Shown here: one piece after another, positions 8,612-17,339 of the stretch
How the letters are laid out: every line of letters begins with the position of its first letter
Position numbering within the stretch: position 1 is the first letter of the stretch
Source of the DNA: Clostridia bacterium
GTDB lineage: Bacteria; Bacillota; Clostridia; UMGS1883
Assembly: GCA_030527235.1 (NCBI GenBank)
Contig: JAUNBL010000004.1
Span: forward strand, 13,932-77,931
Length of the DNA stretch: 64,000 bases
Reading direction: 5' to 3'
Notes under the pieces: model-generated
What the model was told of the DNA's origin: nothing
What the model saw: only the letters and a program-made list of their open reading frames with translations
Databases searched by the model: none
Made by a program: the position numbers and the translations under genes

Positions 8612-9880
8612 TCATCCAAGTATGGGGAGTTCATGCAGATATTTTTTAAGAGTTTCCCGCTTGAATCCGTTTTGTGCGATTATATCACGATAGAAATATG
8701 CGCTATCCTTAGGTGTGCGTTCAAACGTCTCAAAATCCACGCTGCAAAGTCCGAATTTGGGCGCATACAAGCCCCACTCAAAGTTATCCAGCAACGACCA
8801 GTACATATATCCTTTTACATCCGCACCCATTCGGATTGCCTCGTTAATTGCAGAAAGGTACAGCGCGAGATACACTATTCTGAATCTGTCGTCGTTGCAG
8901 CAGCAGCCGTTCTCGGTAATATAGATGGGTTTATCCGTCAGCCTTGTCAGATTTGCAATCATACACTCAGGATACATTTCTTCTAAATAAAACGGCACGT
9001 CAATCATCCGGATACTCTTATGTTCGTACCTCTTTCCGAGAGCTGTTGCCTTGCGCGAGTCTATCATGTCGCGGGTATACGAATTTACAGACCAATAATC
9101 TACAGTGCCCTTAACATCTTTGTCGTACTCCGCATCACGCTGCGGAAACACAATTTCGCCTGTACGCATAGCATGAAAGAAAAACTCATGGTCCGTCATA
9201 TCGCAGTAGTCACACATAATTCTATCCATTTTGTCATTGGGACGATATGGCATGTACTGTACCAGAGCATGTGCGCTTGACACGGGTGCGCTTGAATACT
9301 TCTTAATAATGTGGTATCCCAGAGCGTGGAATTTAATTGAAGCAACCTTGCGCTCAATTTCGCTTTGCGTTCTGCCGAGATTGAATTCGTTTATTACATT
9401 CCAAAAATCCACATACGGCGCTATTTTGGGCACAATGTACTCTATATATCTTTCAAAATATTTAAGATTTTCCGTTTTTTCAAAATCGCCTTTTTTATAG
9501 AACCAAATAGGATAAGAAAGGTGTACCAGTGTTGCAAAAACCTTCAGTCCTTTTTGTTTTAAGTCTGCAAACACCTTTACGTAGTGGTCCGCGGCATCAT
9601 TGTCAAACACGCCTTCCTCAGGCTCCACACGGCACCATTCCACTGATGTGCGAAATGCCTTTTGTCCAAGCTCCACTGCAAGCGCGCTGTCCGTTTTGTA
9701 GAGTTCGTAACTGTTGCACGCCATGCCTGATTTATCCACGGTTTTACCTTCCTGTTCCCAGAGATAGCGATGGCTGTTGGTGTTGTTGCCTTCTACCTGG
9801 TGTCCTGCATAGCCGCTTCCCCAAAGAAATCCTTCGGGAAAGGAAAACTCCGGCAATGAAAATACATCGTACATAATCAT
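8612..9880 (-). CDS. Glycoside hydrolase family 1 beta-glycosidase, cytoplasmic
   Basis: 422 aa with no signal peptide. The GH1 N-terminus is FPEGFLWGSGYAGHQVEGNN, the acid/base region is WNVINEFN and the nucleophile motif is YITENG. Confidence 0.85.
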   Translation of the reverse strand: MIMYDVFSLPEFSFPEGFLWGSGYAGHQVEGNNTNSHRYLWEQEGKTVDKSGMACNSYELYKTDSALAVELGQKAFRTSVEWCRVEPEEGVFDNDAADHYVKVFADLKQKGLKVFATLVHLSYPIWFYKKGDFEKTENLKYFERYIEYIVPKIAPYVDFWNVINEFNLGRTQSEIERKVASIKFHALGYHIIKKYSSAPVSSAHALVQYMPYRPNDKMDRIMCDYCDMTDHEFFFHAMRTGEIVFPQRDAEYDKDVKGTVDYWSVNSYTRDMIDSRKATALGKRYEHKSIRMIDVPFYLEEMYPECMIANLTRLTDKPIYITENGCCCNDDRFRIVYLALYLSAINEAIRMGADVKGYMYWSLLDNFEWGLYAPKFGLCSVDFETFERTPKDSAYFYRDIIAQNGFKRETLKKYLHELPILG

Positions 9881-9886
9881 TTCTCC

Positions 9887-10825
9887 TTAATATGTGTTTG
9901 AAAGTTTTTTTGTTGTCCTCATGTAAATTATCGCAATTACTGCCATTATTACCGATGTCACAAACGACACCGCGCAGCCGTAGCCGATGTTAATCGAATT
10001 TCCGGCGAAACCCGGCACAAATTTGCCCACAATGTACGACATGACAGTGTACGTGCTGCCTCCCGGACCGCCGCCGGTCATCGTAAGAACATATTCGTTT
10101 GTATGAAGCGTGCCATTTAGCGAGAGCAACACCACCACCTGCAGCACAGGCGCCATTGTCGGAAGCGTTATCTTGCGGAACATCGTAAATTTTGAGGCTC
10201 CATCAAGCATTGCAACTTCGTAAAGCTCCTGGGGTACGTTTTGAAGCGCAGCCAAAAAGTAAAGAGTGTTTACTCCGAACGTACTCCATATCGCTCCGCT
10301 CAGCAGAACTGCCATTGCGCTCCACTTATGCGAAAACCATGTTATTCCGGTTTCAATAATCCCTATTTTGCAAAGCCATGCGTTTATGATGCCATAGTAG
10401 TCAAACATGTTGGAAAAAATTAGTCCTATTACGGCAACGCCGACTATACATGGCAAAAAGAACAGGGAGCGGAAAAACCCTTTGAATTTTATCTTGCGAT
10501 TGAGCAGCAGCGCGACAAACATTGCAAACGGCAATTCAATAGGCAGCTTTATCAGAGCAAACTGAATAGTCGTAAGCCAGGAACGCCAGTAATCCGCGTC
10601 CTTGGTAAACATTGTCACAAAGTTTTCAAGACCTATGAAATTTTGTGACGATGGCAGCCCGTTGTAGTAAAAAAACGACAGTCTGATTGCCCAGCATATA
10701 GGATACAGCGTAATCACCAAAAACCCGATTATCTGAAGTCCTATCATCCCGTAGCATTGAGCGACTTCGCCCAAATTGTATTTAACTTTGACTGTAGTGG
10801 TTTTACTGTTTTTACGCGTTCTCAA
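9887..10825 (-). CDS. ABC sugar transporter permease (CUT1 family, MalF/UgpA-like)
   Basis: 312 aa and multi-TM, with EAA loop QELYEVAMLDGASKFTMFRKITLP. TTG start sits 6 nt after GGAGGTGG. Confidence 0.85.
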   Translation of the reverse strand: MRTRKNSKTTTVKVKYNLGEVAQCYGMIGLQIIGFLVITLYPICWAIRLSFFYYNGLPSSQNFIGLENFVTMFTKDADYWRSWLTTIQFALIKLPIELPFAMFVALLLNRKIKFKGFFRSLFFLPCIVGVAVIGLIFSNMFDYYGIINAWLCKIGIIETGITWFSHKWSAMAVLLSGAIWSTFGVNTLYFLAALQNVPQELYEVAMLDGASKFTMFRKITLPTMAPVLQVVVLLSLNGTLHTNEYVLTMTGGGPGGSTYTVMSYIVGKFVPGFAGNSINIGYGCAVSFVTSVIMAVIAIIYMRTTKKLSNTY

Positions 10826-10847
10826 AACGCGCCACCTCCAAGCTCGG

Positions 10848-12218
10848 TCATCTCTTTATGTTCCAGTCCGGAACAATGCAAACGCTCTCATCGTAGTCGG
10901 GATTATATTCCTTGTATTTTTCCACGCCTGCGGCGGCAACCGCGTTATATGCGGCTATGGCCTCATCGATACTCATGTTTCCGGTCCACACATTATTGAG
11001 GAAATTTGTCGACAGGTCTGTTTCACCCGCAATTTCCATCTCGGGAATCTGAGGATAGACCACGCTCAATTGAGTCATTGCCGCAAACTCCGCCCAGCCC
11101 TTTTTTAGATTGGAACTGTCTGCCGATTCAATTATTGAGCTGTCAATCGGAATTACCGCGCCCAGTTCATACAGCCGCTTCGCCAATTCGTCGCTGGTAA
11201 ACCATGAATAAACAAACATGATTTTTTCCGCACCCACACGCGCAACGCCTTGTGCCGAAATTTTCATACCTGTATTAACATTGAGATATTGCTTGTATAC
11301 ATTGTTTTCATCGGCAACGGGCAAAGGCGCTACGCCCCAATCGCATTTTGCGGGGAACTGGTCGTTGAGGACACCCACATCCCATGAAACGCCCATCTTC
11401 ATTCCTATATTGCCCTCTGCGAAACGTGCTCTTGCGGGGTCATTATCAACGCCCTCCGTGCCGGGCATACAGCTTCCGTCCGCTTTAATGTCGAGAATGA
11501 GCTGCATCATAGGCGCGCAATAGCTGTAATCAAAAGTTCCGTCCTGATAGTTATATCCTACCGTTCCGCTGTTTACCGAGGCCATTCTCTCAACGTCTAT
11601 GCCAAACCAGCCTCCCCACTTGCCGGGGAAAATAATGCCGTATTCATTTTTCTCGGGATTTGTAAGCTTTTTGGCTATCTCACGAAGTTCGGCGTATGTT
11701 TTTGGAGGTTTTGCCTCACCGTTTTCGTCTACAATCCCCGCCGCCTTGAACATGTCCTTATTGTACAAAAGTCCATATGTATCTGCGTTATACGGGATTG
11801 AATATGTCTTTCCCTTGTACTGCTGTCTTTTCTCCACAAGAAAATCTTTTTTCTTTTCGATAAGTTCCTTGCCGCCCGGCAAATCATCAATGGCTACTAT
11901 ATAGCCCTTTTCCGAGAACTCACCCGCGTCTCCCGACATAAACATATCGGGCGCGCGGTTGGTTTGGAGCGCTATGGTAATCTGGTTTGAGAGCGACTCC
12001 TTCGCCTCATAGATAACCTTTATTCCGTTTTCCTTGCCCGTTGTCTCGTTAAACTCATACGTCGCTTTTTCCATGGCCGTGCGGCTCCCTGAGTCAGGCG
12101 ACCAAATTGTAATCTCGGTCAAGCCCTGCTCATCGGCGCTTTTTTCTTCTCCGGTGCAGCCTGCAAACCCAAATACCACCAACGCCGCTGCAAGTGTAAT
12201 CCCCAAAAATCTTTTCAT
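10848..12218 (-). CDS. ABC transporter extracellular solute-binding lipoprotein (family 1)
   Basis: Lipobox in MKRFLGITLAAALVVFGFAGC, with SBP-like length and composition. The track ORF starts at 12251. ATG 12218 with AGGAG 7 nt upstream is the likelier start. Confidence 0.8.
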   Translation of the reverse strand: MKRFLGITLAAALVVFGFAGCTGEEKSADEQGLTEITIWSPDSGSRTAMEKATYEFNETTGKENGIKVIYEAKESLSNQITIALQTNRAPDMFMSGDAGEFSEKGYIVAIDDLPGGKELIEKKKDFLVEKRQQYKGKTYSIPYNADTYGLLYNKDMFKAAGIVDENGEAKPPKTYAELREIAKKLTNPEKNEYGIIFPGKWGGWFGIDVERMASVNSGTVGYNYQDGTFDYSYCAPMMQLILDIKADGSCMPGTEGVDNDPARARFAEGNIGMKMGVSWDVGVLNDQFPAKCDWGVAPLPVADENNVYKQYLNVNTGMKISAQGVARVGAEKIMFVYSWFTSDELAKRLYELGAVIPIDSSIIESADSSNLKKGWAEFAAMTQLSVVYPQIPEMEIAGETDLSTNFLNNVWTGNMSIDEAIAAYNAVAAAGVEKYKEYNPDYDESVCIVPDWNIKR

Positions 12219-12234
12219 TTTACTACTCCTTTCA

Positions 12235-13329
12235 TTATATCCAAAAATCAATTACTTTCCCGTTATGTGCATGTTTCATCACAAGTTCCGTGAAGAAATA
12301 GTCTCCCCACAAACAGCTTTGGCTGCCATAAAGTAAAATGCCCTCCTCTCCGGGCGGTGCAAGATATTGCTCGCACAGAACTTCAATCGTTTTTTCCGCA
12401 ACATCGCGCCTGGTATCAAAAAGCGCGCTTGCCGCAATGGCAGCGGCGGAAGTATCATCGTAACGAACCTTTGCCTCACTCGGCAGGTCAAAATCCCACG
12501 GCGGAACCATCGCCTCTGCACAGCGGGCAAAATATTTTGCCGCCACACCCTCCCGCGCGTTCTCGTAGCGAATGCTTTCATTCGTCTTTTCCATGGCCTT
12601 CGTAAGTCCATATATAATCCATGTGCTTCCACGCGCCCAGTGAGAGCCGACGCAATAGCCGCAGTAATTCTCCTCACCTATCGGTCTGCCGTTTTTCGCA
12701 TCAAATATGTACGCGTGCCGTGTTGTAAAATCATCGCGGATAAGATATGTCATCGCCGTTTGCAAATGTCGCTCGTATACCTCGCGATAGAAGCTGTGCC
12801 CCGTCTCCCCGTACGCCCACATTAAGAGGCACATGTTCATACAGTCATCGGCAATCATCATCGAAATATCATCGTTTGTCCCTCTTTTTCGCAAATCTCC
12901 GAAAGCCTGAATATGTCCGCACTCTACACGATACCGTTTTGCAACTTCATCCGCCGCTCTTACTGCAAAAGCTCTGTACTCTTTGTCTCCTGTTATTTTA
13001 TACGCGGCCACCGCGTAGAGTGAATAGAGAAACCCTGTGTCGTGACCTATTTCGTTGTCATTATCATACAGGAATGTCTTGTAGACTCCCTTTGCTGCGT
13101 TTATATAATCTACATATCGCTTATCCTTAAAGTGTTCGTACATATATGCAATCATACCGTAAAAGAACGAGTATGTCCAGCCCGGCTGAAGAAACGTTTC
13201 CATTCGCTGTGTGTAGCGGCCGTTTTCCGTAATTCCAAGCGGTTCTTCACATTTTTGCGGGTCTATACGCTCCATAAGCGTATCGACCTTTTTCTTAATC
13301 ATTGCCAGCAGTTCTGCGTCAGTCAACAT
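12235..13329 (-). CDS. Glycoside hydrolase family 88 unsaturated glucuronyl hydrolase, cytoplasmic
   Basis: 364 aa with no signal peptide. GH88-type blocks are GHDTGF, IADDCMNM, WARGSTWIIYG, PPWDFD and YDDTSAAAIAASAL. Confidence 0.85.
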   Translation of the reverse strand: MLTDAELLAMIKKKVDTLMERIDPQKCEEPLGITENGRYTQRMETFLQPGWTYSFFYGMIAYMYEHFKDKRYVDYINAAKGVYKTFLYDNDNEIGHDTGFLYSLYAVAAYKITGDKEYRAFAVRAADEVAKRYRVECGHIQAFGDLRKRGTNDDISMMIADDCMNMCLLMWAYGETGHSFYREVYERHLQTAMTYLIRDDFTTRHAYIFDAKNGRPIGEENYCGYCVGSHWARGSTWIIYGLTKAMEKTNESIRYENAREGVAAKYFARCAEAMVPPWDFDLPSEAKVRYDDTSAAAIAASALFDTRRDVAEKTIEVLCEQYLAPPGEEGILLYGSQSCLWGDYFFTELVMKHAHNGKVIDFWI

Positions 13330-13360
13330 ATCTCACCCCTGCATAACATTTTCTGCATAC

Positions 13361-13390
13361 ATTATACATACCACAGCTCTTATATGTAAA
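13361..13390 (-). promoter_or_regulatory. Candidate sigma-A promoter of the polysaccharide-utilisation operon
   Basis: On the minus strand: TTTACA (plus 13385-13390), an 18-nt spacer, then TATAAT (plus 13361-13366), about 30 nt upstream of the GH88 ATG. Confidence 0.5.
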
Positions 13391-13391
13391 G

Positions 13392-13406
13392 TTGAAAGAT
13401 TTTCAA
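13392..13406. promoter_or_regulatory. Perfect inverted repeat TTGAAA-GAT-TTTCAA between the divergent promoters; candidate operator
   Basis: Read directly from the sequence. It is followed by the direct repeat ATTTGTT (13406-12) and ATTTGTT (13414-20), which abuts the -35 of the two-component-system promoter. Confidence 0.35.
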
Positions 13407-13418
13407 TTTGTTCATTTG

Positions 13419-13448
13419 TTGACATACGCTGCTGTAATAGAGTATAAT
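13419..13448 (+). promoter_or_regulatory. Candidate sigma-A promoter of the two-component system
   Basis: TTGACA (13419-24), 18-nt spacer, TATAAT (13443-48). Confidence 0.55.
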
Positions 13449-13472
13449 TTAAGCGAAAAGAGGGGGAGTCTT

Positions 13473-14966
13473 ATGATTATTGCCATTATTCTTGTTTTTT
13501 TGATGCTCTTGCTGGGGTTGTTCATTAATTTCAAAAAACGCGTTGTATGGGTATTCATTTTATATTTCATATCCCTTTGCGGTTTGTTTTACACCTCAAT
13601 GCTTTACATCGCAACATTTTCAACATACCCCTTTTTCACTAACATTGACTATTATCTTTATCAGGCGGTTTCCGCCCATCCGATTCATATGAGCGTTCTT
13701 GTAAGTCTGCACAATTTGGGCACGGCAATGCTGATGCTGAGCAACATGTTCATGACGATGCTGATTTTACCTAAAAAGAATCGCTGCGTTTTTATTCTTT
13801 TCCTGCTGCCCGTTGCGATTTTCCTTGCAATCAATGACCCCGAGGTCCGATATTGGGCGTTTTTGCACTCTAATATGGAAGGCAGCTTGTTTTCATCTTC
13901 TGCATTTATCTTTTCGGAATTTTCCGGCTGCGTTTCATTGGCATTTTTCCTTATCTATATGATAATCCCTATTTTTTCTTTGATTTTTTATCAGCGGCGG
14001 CTAAAGGTGCAGCGTTCTCTTGAAACTACCATTTACACTACTTTTTCGCTCATTGTTATAGATGTGTTTATCTTTGTATATTTTATCTTTGGCTCGTTCG
14101 CTCCGTTCATGCCGTGGAATGCCGATATGCTCAGCTTTCCGAAAGGCGTATTTGTATTCAGCTATCAGGCGCTGCTGCTTCCTTCAATGCTATTTGTGTG
14201 CGTGTTCATTTTCTGCATTATTACTATTTTTAAGCCTTTTGGCATCGCGTCGGTTTTTGTGCGAAAGAAAATGTTCCGTATGCAAACAGATATTGCATAC
14301 TCTTTGCGCATGGTCTTTCACTCCGAAAAAAACACACTTCTCGCTGTTGAACGGCTGGCGGTACAGGCCGAGGAGTTTTACGAAAAAAACCCTGCCGTCT
14401 CACGGGAGAATATTTCGGATATTGCCCTTTTGGCACGTGACAGCATGAACTCGCTCTCGCATACTCTTGATATGTTAACTGCCATTTCCGTTGTCAAGCA
14501 AACAAACACTTTGTTGCTTGACTGCGTCCAAAACGCAATCAGGCTTGCCAATATCCCTCCGAAAATAAAACTGACTCTGGTTTGTCCCGATGAAAACATC
14601 TGTATAAACGCTCTTGCCTCCCATGTTTCCGAGGCTTTGGCCAATGTTTTGCGAAACTCTGTCGAAGCGATTGAGCAAAAAAGCCTTGAGATTGGCGCCA
14701 TTGCCATTGAAGTCTTTGCGGAAAACACCTTTGCGTGTGTGCAGGTCACAGATAACGGTTGCGGAATAAACCGCAAAAACATTTCGCATATTTTTTCCGT
14801 TCTTTTTTCCACCAAGCGCAGCGCTAAAAACTGGGGCGTCGGACTTAGTTATGTTAAGAACGTGGCGGAAATGTACGGCGGAAACGTATATGTAAAAAGC
14901 AAAGTCGGTGAATATACTGTATTTCAGTTTGTTCTTCCGCTTGCGGAAAGGAAGGCCAAATTATGA
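13473..14966 (+). CDS. Sensor histidine kinase with a polytopic N-terminus (about 7-8 TM segments) and no evident extracytoplasmic domain
   Basis: ATG 13473 follows AGAGGGGGAG, whereas the track begins at a TTG at 13392. The candidate H-box is VFHSEKNTL, the N-box is NVLRNSVEA, G1 is DNGCGI and G2 is GVGLSY. Confidence 0.8.
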   Translation: MIIAIILVFLMLLLGLFINFKKRVVWVFILYFISLCGLFYTSMLYIATFSTYPFFTNIDYYLYQAVSAHPIHMSVLVSLHNLGTAMLMLSNMFMTMLILPKKNRCVFILFLLPVAIFLAINDPEVRYWAFLHSNMEGSLFSSSAFIFSEFSGCVSLAFFLIYMIIPIFSLIFYQRRLKVQRSLETTIYTTFSLIVIDVFIFVYFIFGSFAPFMPWNADMLSFPKGVFVFSYQALLLPSMLFVCVFIFCIITIFKPFGIASVFVRKKMFRMQTDIAYSLRMVFHSEKNTLLAVERLAVQAEEFYEKNPAVSRENISDIALLARDSMNSLSHTLDMLTAISVVKQTNTLLLDCVQNAIRLANIPPKIKLTLVCPDENICINALASHVSEALANVLRNSVEAIEQKSLEIGAIAIEVFAENTFACVQVTDNGCGINRKNISHIFSVLFSTKRSAKNWGVGLSYVKNVAEMYGGNVYVKSKVGEYTVFQFVLPLAERKAKL

Positions 14967-15655
14967 GTAAAAAGATTCGCGTCGCCATATGCGATGACAT
15001 GCCTCAGCTTTGCCGTTACTTTAAGAATTTCTTGTCCATAGAAGAAGACATGGAGGTATGCGCAATGGCGCATAGCGCGCGCGCCTGCGTTGAAATGGTG
15101 CGCGAGCAGACTCCGGATGTGCTCCTTTTGGACATACAAATGGAGGTCTATGATTCCGGCGTAAAAGCCATCCCTAAGATTTTGGAGGCAAGCCCGCACA
15201 CAAAAATTATTATGCTTACCGTCCACGATGAAAGCGAGCAGGTTTTCAAAGCGTTTACTTTCGGTGTCTCCGATTACCGTATAAAGTCAGCGCCGAACGA
15301 GGAAATAATTAGCGCCATCCGCAACGTTTACAACAACAAAACCTCTCTCCGCCCCGATATCGCGAAAAAGATTGTTGACGAATCAAATAAAATCCGCTCG
15401 CAAAGCGCCTCTCTTTTGAATTCGCTCAATATTATTCTTAAGCTCACCACGGCGGAATATGAGATTTTGAAAGACTTATGCGACAATCTCTCCTACAAGG
15501 AAATTGCAAAGAAACGCTTTGTCGAAGAAATCACCATTCGTTCACAAATTTCTCGTATTCTTAAAAAGTTTGAAATTTCTCAAATCGGAGACCTGGTCCA
15601 TACATTAAACAGCCTGGGCGTATTTCGACTGCTTGAACGCCATAACATTCGTTAA
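14963..15655 (+). CDS. Response regulator, NarL/LuxR family
   Basis: Overlaps the kinase gene by 4 nt (ATGA). The receiver carries an acidic pocket (VAICDDM, LLLDIQM). The C-terminal LuxR-type HTH is LSYKEIAKKRFVEEITIRSQISRILKK. Confidence 0.85.
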   Translation: MSKKIRVAICDDMPQLCRYFKNFLSIEEDMEVCAMAHSARACVEMVREQTPDVLLLDIQMEVYDSGVKAIPKILEASPHTKIIMLTVHDESEQVFKAFTFGVSDYRIKSAPNEEIISAIRNVYNNKTSLRPDIAKKIVDESNKIRSQSASLLNSLNIILKLTTAEYEILKDLCDNLSYKEIAKKRFVEEITIRSQISRILKKFEISQIGDLVHTLNSLGVFRLLERHNIR

Positions 15656-15680
15656 AAGCACAGAATGCGCCAAAACGCCG

Positions 15681-15709
15681 AAAAGGGACGGATAAAACCG
15701 TCCCCTTTT
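15681..15709. terminator. Bidirectional intrinsic terminator between the convergent response-regulator and accA genes
   Basis: AAAAGGGACGG-ATAAAA-CCGTCCCCTTTT, with A/T runs on both sides. Confidence 0.75.
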
Positions 15710-15724
15710 GCCGCTTTGACGCAC

Positions 15725-16483
15725 TCAGAAATTCCGGAATCTTTCGTAACGCCGCGCAAGAAGCTCTGCAATATCAATTTTTTCAAGCTCTGTAATTTTC
15801 CGAAGCAGAGCTTTTTTCAGTTCTGAAAAATCATCATCGCGCTCAGGAAAAATTCGCTCTACAGCCTTCAGTCTCTTCAAGTCTCCCGCCGTAAGCTTAA
15901 GGCTTTGCGCCGCTTCGCGCACTTTTTTGGGGTCTTTCCAAAGAATGCTCGCGCAGCCTTCGGGCGAAATTACCGAATAAACTGAATTTTCCGTTATCCA
16001 AACCTCGTCCGCCACGGCAAGCGCAAGCGCGCCTCCGCTTCCGCCTTCACCTATGAGGACGGAGATAATCGGCGTTTTAAGCGCCGACATCGTCATTATA
16101 CTTTCGGCAATCGCCTCACCTTGTCCGCGTTCCTCTGCGCCTACTGTACAAAACGCACCCGGCGTATCCACAAAAGTGATTATGGGACGATGAAATTTTT
16201 CCGCCTGCCGCATAAGCCGCAGCGCTTTACGGTAGCCCTCGGGATTTGCACTGCCAAAATTGCGCTCAAGGCGTTCCTTTGTGCTGTGGCCCTTATGTGT
16301 GGCGATAACAGTAACAGGGATTCCCTGCAAACGAGCAATGCCTCCGATAACAGCGCTGTCATCGCTATAGCGGCGGTCTCCGTGAAGTTCGAGGAATTCG
16401 GTAAAGAGCGCGCGTATATAATCTCCGCCGGAGGCGCGGCCCTTTTTCCTGGCGAGAACTACTTTCTCATATGCGTCCGCCAT
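15725..16483 (-). CDS. accA: Acetyl-CoA carboxylase carboxyltransferase alpha subunit
   Basis: 252 aa. Blocks are IGGIARLQGIPVTVIATHKG and ITFVDTPGA. It directly follows accD in the fab/acc operon. Confidence 0.85.
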   Translation of the reverse strand: MADAYEKVVLARKKGRASGGDYIRALFTEFLELHGDRRYSDDSAVIGGIARLQGIPVTVIATHKGHSTKERLERNFGSANPEGYRKALRLMRQAEKFHRPIITFVDTPGAFCTVGAEERGQGEAIAESIMTMSALKTPIISVLIGEGGSGGALALAVADEVWITENSVYSVISPEGCASILWKDPKKVREAAQSLKLTAGDLKRLKAVERIFPERDDDFSELKKALLRKITELEKIDIAELLARRYERFRNF

Positions 16484-17335
16484 TTATCCAGCCTCCCTTG
16501 AATGCATTGCGAGAATCCGTCCTATCATGTCTTTCTGAATACCTCGCGGCGCAATATTATCTATAAAACCGTGTTCAAGCAGGAACTCCGATTTCTGAAA
16601 CTCGTCGGGGAGCTTTTTGCCTATGGTCTGTTCAATAACTCTCGGTCCGGCAAAACCGACAAGTGCATACGGTTCAGCCAAAATTATGTCGCCCTGCATT
16701 GCAAATGACGCCGTCACACCGCCGGTAGTAGGGTCTGTCAGCAAAACAATGTAGAGGTTCCCCGCATCGGAATGGCGTTTCACGGCAGCAGAAATTTTCG
16801 CCATCTGCATAAGCGAAAGAATTCCTTCCTGCATACGCGCTCCGCCCGAAAGCGTTACTCCCAGAACGGGCAGCGAATTTTGCTGCGCGTATTCAAAAAG
16901 CCGCGTTATTTTTTCGCCGGTTGCCGCACCCATCGAACCCATCATAAATCCCATTTCCATGACAAAAAGCGCGCATCTTTGACCGCGTATTACGCTCTCT
17001 CCGCATATCACCGACTCCTTTTCTCCGCTCTTTGCGGCGGCAACGCGCAGCTTTTCGTCATAGTCGGGAAAGTCAAGCGTATTCTTCGGTGTAATATCGC
17101 CGAAAAGCTCGTTGAAAGAACCTTTGTCACAAAGCATTTCAATCCTGGACCTTGCACAAAGGGGAAAATGGTACCCGCAGCGACACACACGCTCCGATGC
17201 TTTAAGCGCGGCCTCGCTCATCTGCGCTCCGCATCTTCGGCACACGTGCGTCGTTTCATCGTAGCCGAGGCGAGCCGCTAATCCTCCGCTTTCAAGAGTA
17301 TTTCGTGTTTTTTGAAACAATGCTCTCGGTATCAC
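16484..17335 (-). CDS. accD: Acetyl-CoA carboxylase carboxyltransferase beta subunit
   Basis: Zn-ribbon CRRCG...CRCGYHF followed by a carboxyltransferase fold. The track start at 17389 lies inside accC. GTG 17335 is the likelier start: AAGGA lies 8 nt upstream and it sits 5 nt after the accC stop. Confidence 0.85.
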   Translation of the reverse strand: MIPRALFQKTRNTLESGGLAARLGYDETTHVCRRCGAQMSEAALKASERVCRCGYHFPLCARSRIEMLCDKGSFNELFGDITPKNTLDFPDYDEKLRVAAAKSGEKESVICGESVIRGQRCALFVMEMGFMMGSMGAATGEKITRLFEYAQQNSLPVLGVTLSGGARMQEGILSLMQMAKISAAVKRHSDAGNLYIVLLTDPTTGGVTASFAMQGDIILAEPYALVGFAGPRVIEQTIGKKLPDEFQKSEFLLEHGFIDNIAPRGIQKDMIGRILAMHSREAG

Positions 17336-17339
17336 AAAA

